64,000 bases of DNA from Felis catus (Eukaryota): assembly GCF_018350175.1 (NCBI RefSeq), contig NC_058368.1, positions 77,564,001 to 77,628,000 of the forward strand, given 5' to 3'. Every line of letters begins with the position of its first letter. Positions within the stretch are counted from its first letter, which is position 1. This document shows positions 63,813-64,000 of this stretch, piece after piece. The notes under the pieces were generated by a model. That model saw only the letters and a program-made list of their open reading frames with translations. It had not been told where the DNA came from and made no database searches. The position numbers and the translations under genes are program-made.

Positions 63813-64000
63813 CCCCATCAGTGTTATTTCAAAAATCTCTGAAGTTAACACAAAGAATAGCTTATTTCCTCATGTTCAGTTGAAAAATAAGATAAGCCTC
63901 TCCCCCTCCCTTGTTTTCTGTTTCTTTTCTAAATAAGGAGTTCCTTTATTTAACCCCCAAACACGTCAATGATGAGGAGAGGTAAAGCCAATGTTTTCAA

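Overview
Mammalian genomic DNA, almost certainly felid, based on about 29 Can-SINEs (including young SINEC_Fc-type copies with intact target-site duplications, TSDs) and carnivore L1 3' ends. I find no intact protein-coding gene; the listed ORFs mostly fall in repeats or look like chance ORFs. The main result is a decayed multi-exon gene on the minus strand (about 22.9 kb down to 0.4 kb). Its exon remnants have AG/GT boundaries, and their stop-riddled translations align in collinear order with the GHKL-like and transducer regions of the meiotic TOPOVIB-like protein (TOP6BL/C11orf80, DUF4554), and possibly with its C-terminal motif. It looks like a dead, divergent TOP6BL paralogue with a long extra C-terminal region. 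This alignment was made by eye against a recalled human TOP6BL sequence and needs TBLASTN/HMM confirmation. The remaining 23-64 kb looks intergenic or intronic: SINEs, L1/L2/MIR, MaLR LTRs, Tigger/MER DNA elements, microsatellites and a few short tandem duplications. Repeat subfamily names and ends are approximate.
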